Below, piece by piece: positions 1 to 6,726 of a DNA stretch of 44,517 bases. Source of the stretch: Escherichia phage ST20; the sequence record MF153391.1. One strand, given 5' to 3'. The position numbers were made by a program, and so were the translations under genes. Positions within the stretch are counted from its first letter, which is position 1, and each line of letters opens with the position of its first letter. The notes under the pieces were generated by a model. The model was given only the letters and a program-made list of their open reading frames with translations. It did not search any database and was not told the DNA's origin.

Positions 1-77
1 GCCACGCCAACATATTTTCTGGCCTGACATCGCCGTTTGGGGCACTGCCGTACAGAATGCAGTCATTATAGCAATCC
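1..77. repeat. Terminal 77-bp exact direct repeat (copy 1), identical to 44441-44517; consistent with circular closure or terminal redundancy
   Basis: First 77 nt of the window are identical to the last 77 nt by direct reading. Confidence 0.9.
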
Positions 78-139
78 ATAAAGTTCTTTACGGCGGCGGC
101 CTTGTCTAACGTTTTTGTAATAGCGTCTTTTTCTGTCAT
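1..139 (-). CDS. Hypothetical small protein, N-terminal part (ATG at 139-137); the frame runs off the window start and continues in the right-end copy
   Basis: Hand translation MTEKDAITKTLDKAAAVKNFMDCYNDCILYGSAPNGDVRPENMLAW...; its ATG overlaps the TGA of the upstream gene (ATGA); not in the ORF track because it is split by the window edge. Confidence 0.35.
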   Translation of the reverse strand, partial: MTEKDAITKTLDKAAAVKNFMDCYNDCILYGSAPNGDVRPENMLAW

Positions 140-372
140 TCCCCACTCTCCCCTTTGGCAATGCGTTGCTCGGTTTTAGTTATACCCCGGCGCGTGAATA
201 ACACCGGGCTTGTCTTAACGTGTGTCATAAGACGGTTGTTATAAATTACATGACGCTCGCAGTTCACGTCTTTGCTGTACTTCGCAATCGTCATTTCGTT
301 GATGCCTGTTTGTCGGCATGTCTCCGCCATCGTGCCAAATTCTTTTATCAGGTTCGGAATGCTGGTAATCAT
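136..372 (-). CDS. Small putative DNA-binding protein (helix-turn-helix-like segment)
   Basis: ORF track 136..396; first ATG is at 372 with GAGGA about 10 nt upstream; segment TMAETCRQTGINEMTIAKY resembles an HTH. Confidence 0.45.
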   Translation of the reverse strand: MITSIPNLIKEFGTMAETCRQTGINEMTIAKYSKDVNCERHVIYNNRLMTHVKTSPVLFTRRGITKTEQRIAKGESGE

Positions 373-528
373 CCTAAGAAATTCCTCGTTGTCCACATCG
401 CATTCGGATATTTGTTATCGCGGTCCTGCACTACAGCAATCATGTTACCGCGTTGCACCAGGCAGAAGTGCCGTTGCTGCTCGCCGTTGTAGCGACGCCA
501 GATTGCCTCTTCGATTGCTGCGTTAATG

Positions 529-789
529 TCACTGAACATACCCAATACCCCGCATAAATATCATCCCAACTGCTACACCAATAAGAATTGATACTGCAAA
601 ATTAGCCCGCGCTTGGTTGCGTACAATACAAAGTTCAGCTTTGAGAAGTTTGTATTCACAGGTCAAGTTATCAATCTCTAGTTTCGCGGCTGTCAGTTCC
701 TGAGTTGCTTTTGAGTACTTACCGTTAATCTTATCAAGCGCCTTCTTAAGGTCTTTGTTGTTCTTCTTGAGTTGTTCAATCTGTTCCAT
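529..789 (-). CDS. Hypothetical coiled-coil protein with C-terminal transmembrane segment
   Basis: ORF track; charged heptad-like N-terminal region and hydrophobic C-terminus (FAVSILIGVAVGMIF); AAGGG upstream of ATG. Confidence 0.45.
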   Translation of the reverse strand: MEQIEQLKKNNKDLKKALDKINGKYSKATQELTAAKLEIDNLTCEYKLLKAELCIVRNQARANFAVSILIGVAVGMIFMRGIGYVQ

Positions 790-793
790 ACCC

Positions 794-1027
794 TTACCCC
801 ACTATCTCATCACCTAGCCACGCCGTTTCTCGTATATCGTCAACCACACAAGCGGCGTGCTCACGGCTAATTGCAAAAATGTAGAAGCTGAACTTCTTCC
901 CGTCGGCGTCGATGTGGTTAACCGAGTATGGTTTCCACAGGACGCCATCAATAACTACTGGCTCAGGCGACCCCATACGCTTTACCGCACTTAATGCACG
1001 TGGCGCGATGTAACCCACCAACCACAT
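794..1027 (-). CDS. Hypothetical protein (start uncertain; an alternative ATG lies at 976)
   Basis: ORF track; overlaps the upstream ORF, no clear SD at either start. Confidence 0.35.
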   Translation of the reverse strand: MWLVGYIAPRALSAVKRMGSPEPVVIDGVLWKPYSVNHIDADGKKFSFYIFAISREHAACVVDDIRETAWLGDEIVG

Positions 1028-1202
1028 GTAGGTAGTAATCGTGCTCGCAAGGCTTTTCGTCCGCTTTCATGCGCTCAAGCAACAACTTAAACGCCTCCAG
1101 TTGAAATTCACCGTTAATTGACAGTTGTCCGCCTAACGTCTGTTTCTCTGACTCAAGCACCAGAATACGGCGCTCGAGTGATGCGATTGTGATTTTAGGC
1201 AT
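963..1202 (-). CDS. Hypothetical protein with Cys/His-rich C-terminus
   Basis: ORF track 963..1211; ATG at 1202 preceded by AAAGGTGA; C-terminal CEHDYYLHVVGGLHRATCIKCGKAYG. Confidence 0.4.
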   Translation of the reverse strand: MPKITIASLERRILVLESEKQTLGGQLSINGEFQLEAFKLLLERMKADEKPCEHDYYLHVVGGLHRATCIKCGKAYGVA

Positions 1203-1380
1203 TTGCGTCACCTTTGTTCAGGTTGAAGCGGTTAATCAGTTCACGGCGTGTCTCGTAGAGAGACTCTACCATTTGCTCGGCTACCGCTATTTTAGTATTC
1301 AGGACGTGCATCACGTGGCTTATGTCTACGCCGCCGTTAACGGCCTCCACCATCATCTTTTCATATTCGCGGTCAGTCAT
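1195..1380 (-). CDS. Hypothetical early protein
   Basis: ORF track; ATG at 1380 with GAGGTA upstream; 8-nt overlap with the next gene. Confidence 0.45.
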   Translation of the reverse strand: MTDREYEKMMVEAVNGGVDISHVMHVLNTKIAVAEQMVESLYETRRELINRFNLNKGDANA

Positions 1381-1612
1381 TTTTGTACCTCTGAGGCAGT
1401 TTATACGTATTGACCAGCCGCGCGTCTGCTTTCATCTCATCGATGAACTTCGGCAGTTCTCCGTGCTGGCAATTAAATAGCCACCACTGGTCACATATGC
1501 TTTGAGGGATTGCAAGTTCGTAGGTAATACCAAGCTCACGCATTACGGTTTGGGGATGTCGGGTTTCACCCGCATAATACGCACCAATGCTGTCATATCG
1601 TAAATGTTTCAT
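1373..1612 (-). CDS. Hypothetical early protein
   Basis: ORF track 1373..1627; ATG at 1612 lies inside the recurring junction GGAGAGAAGAAATGA (SD plus ATGA overlap). Confidence 0.45.
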   Translation of the reverse strand: MKHLRYDSIGAYYAGETRHPQTVMRELGITYELAIPQSICDQWWLFNCQHGELPKFIDEMKADARLVNTYKLPQRYKND

Positions 1613-1764
1613 TTCTTCTCTCCCCACATGCGATTGAGATACTTGTTCTTGTCAGGCCCGGGGAAACTGTTACGTTTCATCAGTTCCTCGCGTGTCGGGA
1701 ACGGGGTGTGGCTGACTTTACGACCTACTCGTAACGGCTGGCTTGCTGGGCCTTGTTCGCTCAT
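1609..1764 (-). CDS. Hypothetical 51-aa protein (below the ORF-track length cutoff)
   Basis: Hand translation MSEQGPASQPLRVGRKVSHTPFPTREELMKRNSFPGPDKNKYLNRMWGEKK; bounded at both ends by the same junction 15-mer. Confidence 0.4.
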   Translation of the reverse strand: MSEQGPASQPLRVGRKVSHTPFPTREELMKRNSFPGPDKNKYLNRMWGEKK

Positions 1765-2045
1765 TTCTTCTCTCCTATGTATCCAGTTACTGCGCTCCCG
1801 CTGTTAGGGATCCCGTTTATATCATCAACAACTATCGTATCTTTGCTTATACAGCGTCTGTAATAATCTTCGGAATTGCGCTCACCTAGATTAAGCACCC
1901 ACTCCATCCCTTCGCCGTCTGCATCCCACGGGCATTGATGTTTAGCCAACACCTGTTTCCAGTCCGCGCGGTCTATGCGAGAAAGTGTCTTATGCTTTCG
2001 CGACACAACCCTATAACCCGCGCTAATTAACTGTTGGTTTGTCAT
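1761..2045 (-). CDS. Hypothetical early protein
   Basis: ORF track; ATG at 2045 inside the junction 15-mer; C-terminus ...GEKK. Confidence 0.5.
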   Translation of the reverse strand: MTNQQLISAGYRVVSRKHKTLSRIDRADWKQVLAKHQCPWDADGEGMEWVLNLGERNSEDYYRRCISKDTIVVDDINGIPNSGSAVTGYIGEKK

Positions 2046-2251
2046 TTCTTCTCTCCTGCAAACTTAAATTTAGCCTCGAACTCCTTTCTACCAACACAAT
2101 ATTCCAAATAGGATTCATTGAATTTTATCAATGGGTGGTCCGCAATAAGCACGTGGTCCAACCCAACCGCGGTTACGATGAATCTGGCGTTGCCCTCTCC
2201 ATCCCACGAGTAATCACTCTTATAGATGCCACCGATAGTAACGTTGTTCAT
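2042..2251 (-). CDS. Hypothetical early protein
   Basis: ORF track; ATG at 2251 inside the junction 15-mer; C-terminus ...GEKK. Confidence 0.5.
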   Translation of the reverse strand: MNNVTIGGIYKSDYSWDGEGNARFIVTAVGLDHVLIADHPLIKFNESYLEYCVGRKEFEAKFKFAGEKK

Positions 2252-2397
2252 TTCTTCTCTCCTGCATAAGCCGCTTTCAGTGTCTGCATCGCGGCGAACC
2301 AGAACGCGTCCGCGGGGATGCTGTTGCTCAGGTTACTAACGGCGATGCGTGCCATCAGTTGTGCATCTTTGAATGCTTCGATGTCTGTGATTTTCAT
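2248..2397 (-). CDS. Hypothetical 49-aa protein, first gene of the leftward small-gene operon
   Basis: Hand translation MKITDIEAFKDAQLMARIAVSNLSNSIPADAFWFAAMQTLKAAYAGEKK; GGAGTAGAGAAG upstream; sits just downstream of the promoter at 2431-2459. Confidence 0.4.
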   Translation of the reverse strand: MKITDIEAFKDAQLMARIAVSNLSNSIPADAFWFAAMQTLKAAYAGEKK

Positions 2398-2430
2398 CTT
2401 CTCTACTCCGTTCTCGTTGTCTATGAAGTA

Positions 2431-2459
2431 AATATAATAGGGTCGATGATAATAGTCAA
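2431..2459 (-). promoter_or_regulatory. Sigma70-like promoter TTGACT-17-TATATT driving the leftward small-gene operon
   Basis: Reverse complement of 2431-2459 reads TTGACT, 17-nt spacer, TATATT. Confidence 0.5.
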
Positions 2460-2480
2460 CTAGTCATTACAGAAAATAGA

Positions 2481-2513
2481 TAAAAAAAATCCCGGCTGGG
2501 TCAGGGCCGGGAT
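2481..2513 (-). terminator. Intrinsic terminator downstream of the endolysin gene
   Basis: 8-bp stem ATCCCGGC/GCCGGGAT with 9-nt loop, followed on the minus strand by a run of seven U. Confidence 0.6.
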
Positions 2514-2577
2514 AAAACTGGAGAGCAGAAGGATGGAACAGGAGGTGATTTAAGTATCGTCGGATTAGTCTTAGGTG

Positions 2578-3075
2578 TCAACCTTTCACCGCGCGACCGA
2601 TAGCCTCAGCCTCCTGCCACGGTTTACCGTCGAACAGGGCGAGACGACCTGCTGTGCGGCGACGCAGGCCTAGTAACGGTTTGCCGTTCTGGTAGACAAA
2701 CTGGCCCATAATCCGACGACACTCCGCTACATTTCCCAGGCGCACCGCATCATCGAAGTCGGCCAGCCGGTTATCTTTCTCTATAACCCCTGTACCCACG
2801 TTGAAACAAAGGTCACAAATTGCGTCGAACTGCGCTTGATTGAATATCGAGTGTACTAATTCGTCGGCTTTCCTGACGGCCTTAGCCATATCACGATTCA
2901 GTAACAGGAGGCCTTCCCCCGGCGTGATGGTCTTACCTGGCGTTACGTCCGGACCGTAGTGACCGTACCCAATAGTCAGGTACTTCTCGTTTGGTGTAGC
3001 ACGATACGCAGTTCCACGGAACCCCTCAAACGCGGCGGTAAAATGCAATCCATTATCTGAAATGTTTCGAGACAC
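2578..3075 (-). CDS. Endolysin, glycoside hydrolase family 24 (T4-lysozyme-like)
   Basis: ORF track 2578..3126; GH24-like segments AAFEGFRGTAY and TIGYGH; GTG at 3075 preceded by GGAGGA, giving N-terminus (M)SRNISDNGLHF. Confidence 0.8.
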   Translation of the reverse strand: MSRNISDNGLHFTAAFEGFRGTAYRATPNEKYLTIGYGHYGPDVTPGKTITPGEGLLLLNRDMAKAVRKADELVHSIFNQAQFDAICDLCFNVGTGVIEKDNRLADFDDAVRLGNVAECRRIMGQFVYQNGKPLLGLRRRTAGRLALFDGKPWQEAEAIGRAVKG

Positions 3076-3325
3076 GCTTATGTCCTCCGTATGACAGCCA
3101 CGCCTGACGAATCTGACGCAGCGCAACTAATGTGATTAATGTCTCAGGCAGCGTCGGTGACATGCTGCCCTGCAACAGGTGGATACATCCGGCAGCGCAG
3201 ACGATAGCAGTCAGGATATAGAGCACCCTACCAAATAGCCCGTCGTCAACGCTGGGGTGATATACATTAAACAGCGATGTGCCTCCGATTGCCAGCATAC
3301 CGCCGAACCAGAATAGCTCATTCAT
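3053..3325 (-). CDS. Putative holin or antiholin-like small membrane protein
   Basis: Internal ATG of ORF 3053..3418; about 90 aa with two hydrophobic segments; overlaps the endolysin start and the upstream holin stop. Confidence 0.5.
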   Translation of the reverse strand: MNELFWFGGMLAIGGTSLFNVYHPSVDDGLFGRVLYILTAIVCAAGCIHLLQGSMSPTLPETLITLVALRQIRQAWLSYGGHKRVSKHFR

Positions 3326-3626
3326 CCGGGCCTCCTCGACGTGCGATGTATCCTCCGGCAACGATGCCAGAAAGGCGGGAATATATAGGCATCCAGAGAA
3401 TAGCGATGATGAATCCAAGGCCAGCTATCTCGCGCTCCCCGGTAATACCGAACCATTGAGCGGCAAGAGGCGCGCCAAATACGGCGCAAGTGAAGCCAGT
3501 TGCAATAAAGCAGAAGCCATCGATGGGGCCAGAAATAACGGACTTATGTTGTCGTAGTCCGATTACCCCACCAGCTAGTGCGGCAGCGAGAAGCCACCCC
3601 GTTACTGTTTCAGTAAATTTATCCAA
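3318..3626 (-). CDS. Putative holin (multi-pass membrane protein)
   Basis: ORF track; three hydrophobic segments; TTG start at 3626 with GGAGGA 6 nt upstream; immediately upstream of endolysin. Confidence 0.5.
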   Translation of the reverse strand: MDKFTETVTGWLLAAALAGGVIGLRQHKSVISGPIDGFCFIATGFTCAVFGAPLAAQWFGITGEREIAGLGFIIAILWMPIYSRLSGIVAGGYIARRGGPDE

Positions 3627-3632
3627 GATGAA

Positions 3633-3670
3633 TCCTCCAGGTGCGTATTAAGTATGCAGTAACTGGAGGA
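3633..3670 (-). promoter_or_regulatory. Inverted repeat that can sequester the holin Shine-Dalgarno in the mRNA
   Basis: TCCTCCAG at 3633-3640 and CTGGAGGA at 3663-3670; on the minus-strand transcript an upstream UCCUCCAG pairs with the SD CUGGAGGA. Confidence 0.4.
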
Positions 3671-3701
3671 TACCACGGGTAGGAATTATCTTAATAACGG
3701 T

Positions 3702-3995
3702 TTATTTATGACGCCAGATGTACTGTCGTCTCTGTGGTTTAGTCGGAATATCATCATACCCCAGCGATTTCCAGTAATTGAATAACCGATTAGCGATTGC
3801 TGCGCGTTCCTGTGTCTTGAACTCACCGAGATTCACGGCCTTCCCGTTCTGGAATCCACCGGCGCGTATGGCTTTGCGTCTGGCCTGAATCTCTGGGTAC
3901 AGTGCGTTATGGCGGCGCTTGTGTATTCTGGTGTTCGCTCTCGGTGACAGCGGCGCAAGGCCGCTTCGTTTCAGGATGTCAGTTGCAAGGCTCAT
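3702..3995 (-). CDS. Hypothetical basic protein, possibly AP2-like DNA binding
   Basis: ORF track 3702..4052, internal ATG at 3995; segment GKAVNLGEFKTQERAAIANRLF loosely resembles AP2-type domains. Confidence 0.35.
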   Translation of the reverse strand: MSLATDILKRSGLAPLSPRANTRIHKRRHNALYPEIQARRKAIRAGGFQNGKAVNLGEFKTQERAAIANRLFNYWKSLGYDDIPTKPQRRQYIWRHK

Positions 3996-4345
3996 GTCGT
4001 CTCCCCACAACTGCGGCACACAAAATAATCCTCGTCGGGGTCTAGCGCCCAATCATGCTCACCTATTTGGCAACCGGACGGCCCCGTAGCATCTTCGGCC
4101 CCTTCCACATGTGTAATTGACCCACAGTTCGCGCACTCGACGTAATCCGGGAACTGGTCTTTGTATTTCTGTAACTCGGCGTTTACTTCTGCCAGTCTTG
4201 ACACAAGCCCTTCTATTTCCATGTCCGTAGTTGTTATGTAGTCCTGGAAACTGTCGTCCAGTTCCTTGTAATCTTCGTACCCAACCCAGTCACCATCGTC
4301 GTGCGGCCCTATTAAACCGCCTTGTAATAAATATCTCTGTACCAT
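3992..4345 (-). CDS. Hypothetical acidic protein with C-terminal Cys cluster
   Basis: ORF track 3992..4450; ATG at 4345 preceded by AGGAGA; C-terminal CANCGS...CRSCG. Confidence 0.4.
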   Translation of the reverse strand: MVQRYLLQGGLIGPHDDGDWVGYEDYKELDDSFQDYITTTDMEIEGLVSRLAEVNAELQKYKDQFPDYVECANCGSITHVEGAEDATGPSGCQIGEHDWALDPDEDYFVCRSCGETT

Positions 4346-4346
4346 A

Positions 4347-4550
4347 TTATTTCTCCTGTTTACCAAGTCGCTTAGGTGAGCAGATAGCGCGTACCTCTGA
4401 ATCGTTGGGCTTGTCACCCTGAAACAGAAAGTGCGCGTTCTCTGCGGCACGTGCCGCTGACTGGCACGCCTCCATCGAATAGAACGTTTCTGTTGCCGCT
4501 AGTTGCATATGGCCCGTGGACAGTACCCAGATAAAGAGGATGCTGGTCAT
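4347..4550 (-). CDS. Hypothetical protein with hydrophobic N-terminus
   Basis: ORF track 4347..4607; ATG at 4550 in ATGA overlap with the upstream stop. Confidence 0.35.
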   Translation of the reverse strand: MTSILFIWVLSTGHMQLAATETFYSMEACQSAARAAENAHFLFQGDKPNDSEVRAICSPKRLGKQEK

Positions 4551-5020
4551 TTCTTTAACCCGCATATTCTGCACATCATTACGGCGCCCCCATTGTAAAA
4601 GCACCATTCGTGGCTACATTTCTGGGTATCTTCCTTACGGCTACCAGACGGCGCAGAGCCATCTGTTACTACATAATAGAAACTGTAGGGCCATCCTTGA
4701 GTATCTTCTTTACGACTACCAGATGGCTCAGGCCCGTGTTCACCTTTACGGATAAGTTTGTACGCCTCCACGTCACCGGTAGCTTCGGCCAACGCCAGAT
4801 GTAGTTCCTTAACTTGCCCTGTCAGGTGTGATATGTGCTCAGATTTCTTAATGTTGTCTTCCTGTAACTCGTCCACCAGCTCCGACATATCACGTAACTG
4901 GTTCTTAAGTGACTGCACCTCATGCGCCAGGTCTTCACACTGTTTCTTGTACGTGTTGTTAGTTACCTGCTGCCGTAGCTGGTCGATCAGATACTCGAAT
5001 ACTTCGTTTTTAGTGTTCAT
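4547..5020 (-). CDS. Hypothetical coiled-coil protein with internal tandem repeat (PSGSRKEDTQ twice)
   Basis: ORF track; repeated peptide and matching DNA repeat around 4614-4725. Confidence 0.5.
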   Translation of the reverse strand: MNTKNEVFEYLIDQLRQQVTNNTYKKQCEDLAHEVQSLKNQLRDMSELVDELQEDNIKKSEHISHLTGQVKELHLALAEATGDVEAYKLIRKGEHGPEPSGSRKEDTQGWPYSFYYVVTDGSAPSGSRKEDTQKCSHEWCFYNGGAVMMCRICGLKK

Positions 5021-5138
5021 ATTCTTCGCTCACTCCGTTATAAACGCCGTTGTAATCCCCGTCGCAAATGAACGGGTAGAGCATATCCTCGTACTCGTCC
5101 TGCAACTCACCCAAAGTTACTTCGCTATAATCTTTCAT
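5010..5138 (-). CDS. Hypothetical 42-aa acidic protein
   Basis: Hand translation MKDYSEVTLGELQDEYEDMLYPFICDGDYNGVYNGVSEEYEH; AGGAGAG upstream; first gene after the promoter at 5170-5198. Confidence 0.3.
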   Translation of the reverse strand: MKDYSEVTLGELQDEYEDMLYPFICDGDYNGVYNGVSEEYEH

Positions 5139-5169
5139 CTTCAATCTCTCCTCTCGTTCGTGTAAATGA

Positions 5170-5198
5170 ATAGTAGTCTATTCTATCTTAGCGTGCAA
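5170..5198 (-). promoter_or_regulatory. Promoter TTGCAC-17-TACTAT with palindrome GAATAG-TAGT-CTATTC
   Basis: Reverse complement reads TTGCAC, 17-nt spacer, TACTAT; inverted repeat at 5168-5183. Confidence 0.5.
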
Positions 5199-5238
5199 GT
5201 TAATTTTATTGGTGTTTGTATCGCCACCACAGCACAGG

Positions 5239-5406
5239 TTACGAGGTCATCCTCTGCAACACGTCCCATAAATTGGTCTCGGCCTCGCGTTTCCTGCCCC
5301 CAGCGTCGTCCACGCTATAGTAATCAGCTGTTGCGTAGTCCGCGTGCGCCTCTGCAACTGCAATAATCGCATCATATAATGATTGCGCTTGTTCTTTACT
5401 AATCAT
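5239..5406 (-). CDS. Hypothetical 55-aa protein
   Basis: Hand translation MISKEQAQSLYDAIIAVAEAHADYATADYYSVDDAGGRKREAETNLWDVLQRMTS; AGGAGA upstream. Confidence 0.35.
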   Translation of the reverse strand: MISKEQAQSLYDAIIAVAEAHADYATADYYSVDDAGGRKREAETNLWDVLQRMTS

Positions 5407-5460
5407 TGTTGCATCTCCTGCAATAGTCGCTTTGATTGTTGCGTTTGGTGAAATAGAACA

Positions 5461-5497
5461 AAAATGAGAAAAATGATACGCTGCTGTGTAGCAGCGT
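5461..5497 (-). terminator. Terminator or attenuator-like hairpin inside the leftward operon
   Basis: 8-bp stem ACGCTGCT/AGCAGCGT with loop GTGT, followed on the minus strand by a U-rich tract. Confidence 0.4.
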
Positions 5498-5539
5498 AAG
5501 TCACTCAGTAAAATCCCAAACTATTGTTACAATATAACA

Positions 5540-5713
5540 TCACACTTCCGGCGGCTCAGGTAACGGCATCCAGTGAGTCGCGAATTCCGTCCAGTAATAA
5601 TCAACCCAATCAAAGCCGTTATATGAACTAATAATTACAACGGAACCGTCCGTAACAAGAACTGACACCTCTGCATCTGGCATCCGCTCACTACACTTAA
5701 CCCACTCACCCAT
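5540..5713 (-). CDS. Hypothetical 57-aa protein (Trp-rich, possibly DUF551-like)
   Basis: Hand translation MGEWVKCSERMPDAEVSVLVTDGSVVIISSYNGFDWVDYYWTEFATHWMPLPEPPEV; GAGGTGA upstream. Confidence 0.35.
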   Translation of the reverse strand: MGEWVKCSERMPDAEVSVLVTDGSVVIISSYNGFDWVDYYWTEFATHWMPLPEPPEV

Positions 5714-5716
5714 ATC

Positions 5717-5860
5717 TCACCTCGGATTCGCAACAGACAACACACCAGCTTTCCACGCCCGCCACGCTAGACGGGTCCTAACGTTCAGGTATTCTTTCTT
5801 TGAACCCTTGTTAACCGGCAGACCCTCGACGACGGCCCACCGTTCGAATGCTTCTCTCAT
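5717..5860 (-). CDS. Hypothetical 47-aa basic protein
   Basis: Hand translation MREAFERWAVVEGLPVNKGSKKEYLNVRTRLAWRAWKAGVLSVANPR; GGAGGA upstream; its stop overlaps the SD of the next gene. Confidence 0.3.
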   Translation of the reverse strand: MREAFERWAVVEGLPVNKGSKKEYLNVRTRLAWRAWKAGVLSVANPR

Positions 5861-5863
5861 AAC

Positions 5864-6055
5864 TTAGTCCTCCAGAATTTCGCATTCACAGGGGTACACA
5901 ACTACATAGCCGGCGTCGCATTCAATTACGAATGTACCGTCCGCTACGTCGTCCACTTCAAATTCATCACCGACCGCCAAACCCCAGTAACTAAGCGGCA
6001 AATCGTCACCATCGCGCGGGTCCACATAATCAACATCAGTTATACGAATTCTCAT
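5864..6055 (-). CDS. Small acidic protein, paralog A (MRIRITD...)
   Basis: ORF track 5864..6064; ATG at 6055 preceded by GAGGGAGG; shares M-x-I-x-ITD...VGD-F-(D/E)V pattern with the adjacent gene. Confidence 0.45.
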   Translation of the reverse strand: MRIRITDVDYVDPRDGDDLPLSYWGLAVGDEFEVDDVADGTFVIECDAGYVVVYPCECEILED

Positions 6056-6288
6056 TAACGGCAACCTCCCTCAGAGTCGTCGGCACGAGCATCATGATTC
6101 GATGCCGTTGTGTATATTTCCGCTTCGGCCTTAGTTACCGGGATTGTGTATCTTCCTGTCTTAATCCACCAGCCATCCTCACAGGAATCCAGTACATCGA
6201 AAACATCACCTACATTTACGCCTATTTTCTCGAGAGCATCGTCATCTTCTTCATAGGTAACGGTGTTATCTGTAATTATGATTTGCAT
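6055..6288 (-). CDS. Small acidic protein, paralog B (MQIIITD...)
   Basis: ORF track 6055..6300; internal ATG at 6288; similar to the 5864-6055 protein. Confidence 0.45.
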   Translation of the reverse strand: MQIIITDNTVTYEEDDDALEKIGVNVGDVFDVLDSCEDGWWIKTGRYTIPVTKAEAEIYTTASNHDARADDSEGGCR

Positions 6289-6470
6289 CACTTTGCCCAT
6301 TTGAATTTAAAATTGTTGCCGATGAGTTCCATATCCTGTGCGTATAAAACGGTGATATACGATCCTGTTAAAGATGCAGCAAAATAATATCTATTTTCTT
6401 TGTGGGACGCGAATATAACCGAGAGTTCTTTGGTCTCTTTAATTTTAACCAACTGACCCTTCTTAAACAT
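6288..6470 (-). CDS. Hypothetical early protein
   Basis: ORF track 6288..6476; ATG at 6470 preceded by AGAGGAG. Confidence 0.45.
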   Translation of the reverse strand: MFKKGQLVKIKETKELSVIFASHKENRYYFAASLTGSYITVLYAQDMELIGNNFKFKWAK

Positions 6471-6503
6471 AACCACACTCCTCTGTCTCGTTTCGATAAG
6501 TGA

Positions 6504-6532
6504 ATAGTATCCTATTATGTTGGGGTGTGCAA
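6504..6532 (-). promoter_or_regulatory. Promoter TTGCAC-17-TACTAT with inverted repeat GAATAG-TATC-CTATTA
   Basis: Reverse complement reads TTGCAC ACCCCAACATAATAGGA TACTAT, near-identical to the promoters at 5170-5198 and 29313-29341. Confidence 0.5.
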
Positions 6533-6604
6533 GAGATTAGTTACGTTGCCGTTGTGATTCTTCAGGTAGGGTTGTGCCTTTATTCTTATTACTTGGTAAC
6601 TAAA

Positions 6605-6626
6605 GGGCAGGCTTTAAGGCCTGCCC
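6605..6626. other. GC-rich hairpin GGGCAGGC-TTTAAG-GCCTGCCC in the large intergenic region
   Basis: 8-bp perfect stem; only weak U-tracts on either strand. Confidence 0.3.
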
Positions 6627-6726
6627 AATAATCGTTACATTTTTACGGTTGCGAATCTACGGCACTTTAAGAAACTTAAGGAAAATTAGTTACTTATGTA
6701 ACTTAGGGGATTTTTACAATAGACTA

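Noticed and set aside
220-526. Two overlapping plus-strand ORFs (220-492, 272-526)
   Set aside because: Antisense to the minus-strand small genes, which fit the leftward operon
1604-1807. 67-aa plus-strand ORF
   Set aside because: The opposite strand carries the 51-aa gene 1609-1764 bounded by the recurring junction motif; the plus ORF has no ribosome-binding site
3702-3995. HNH homing endonuclease
   Set aside because: Only a loose AP2-like segment is present; no HNH catalytic motif was seen
5166-5366. 66-aa plus-strand ORF
   Set aside because: Overlaps the minus-strand promoter and the 5239-5406 gene; Ser/Arg/Pro-rich translation looks non-coding
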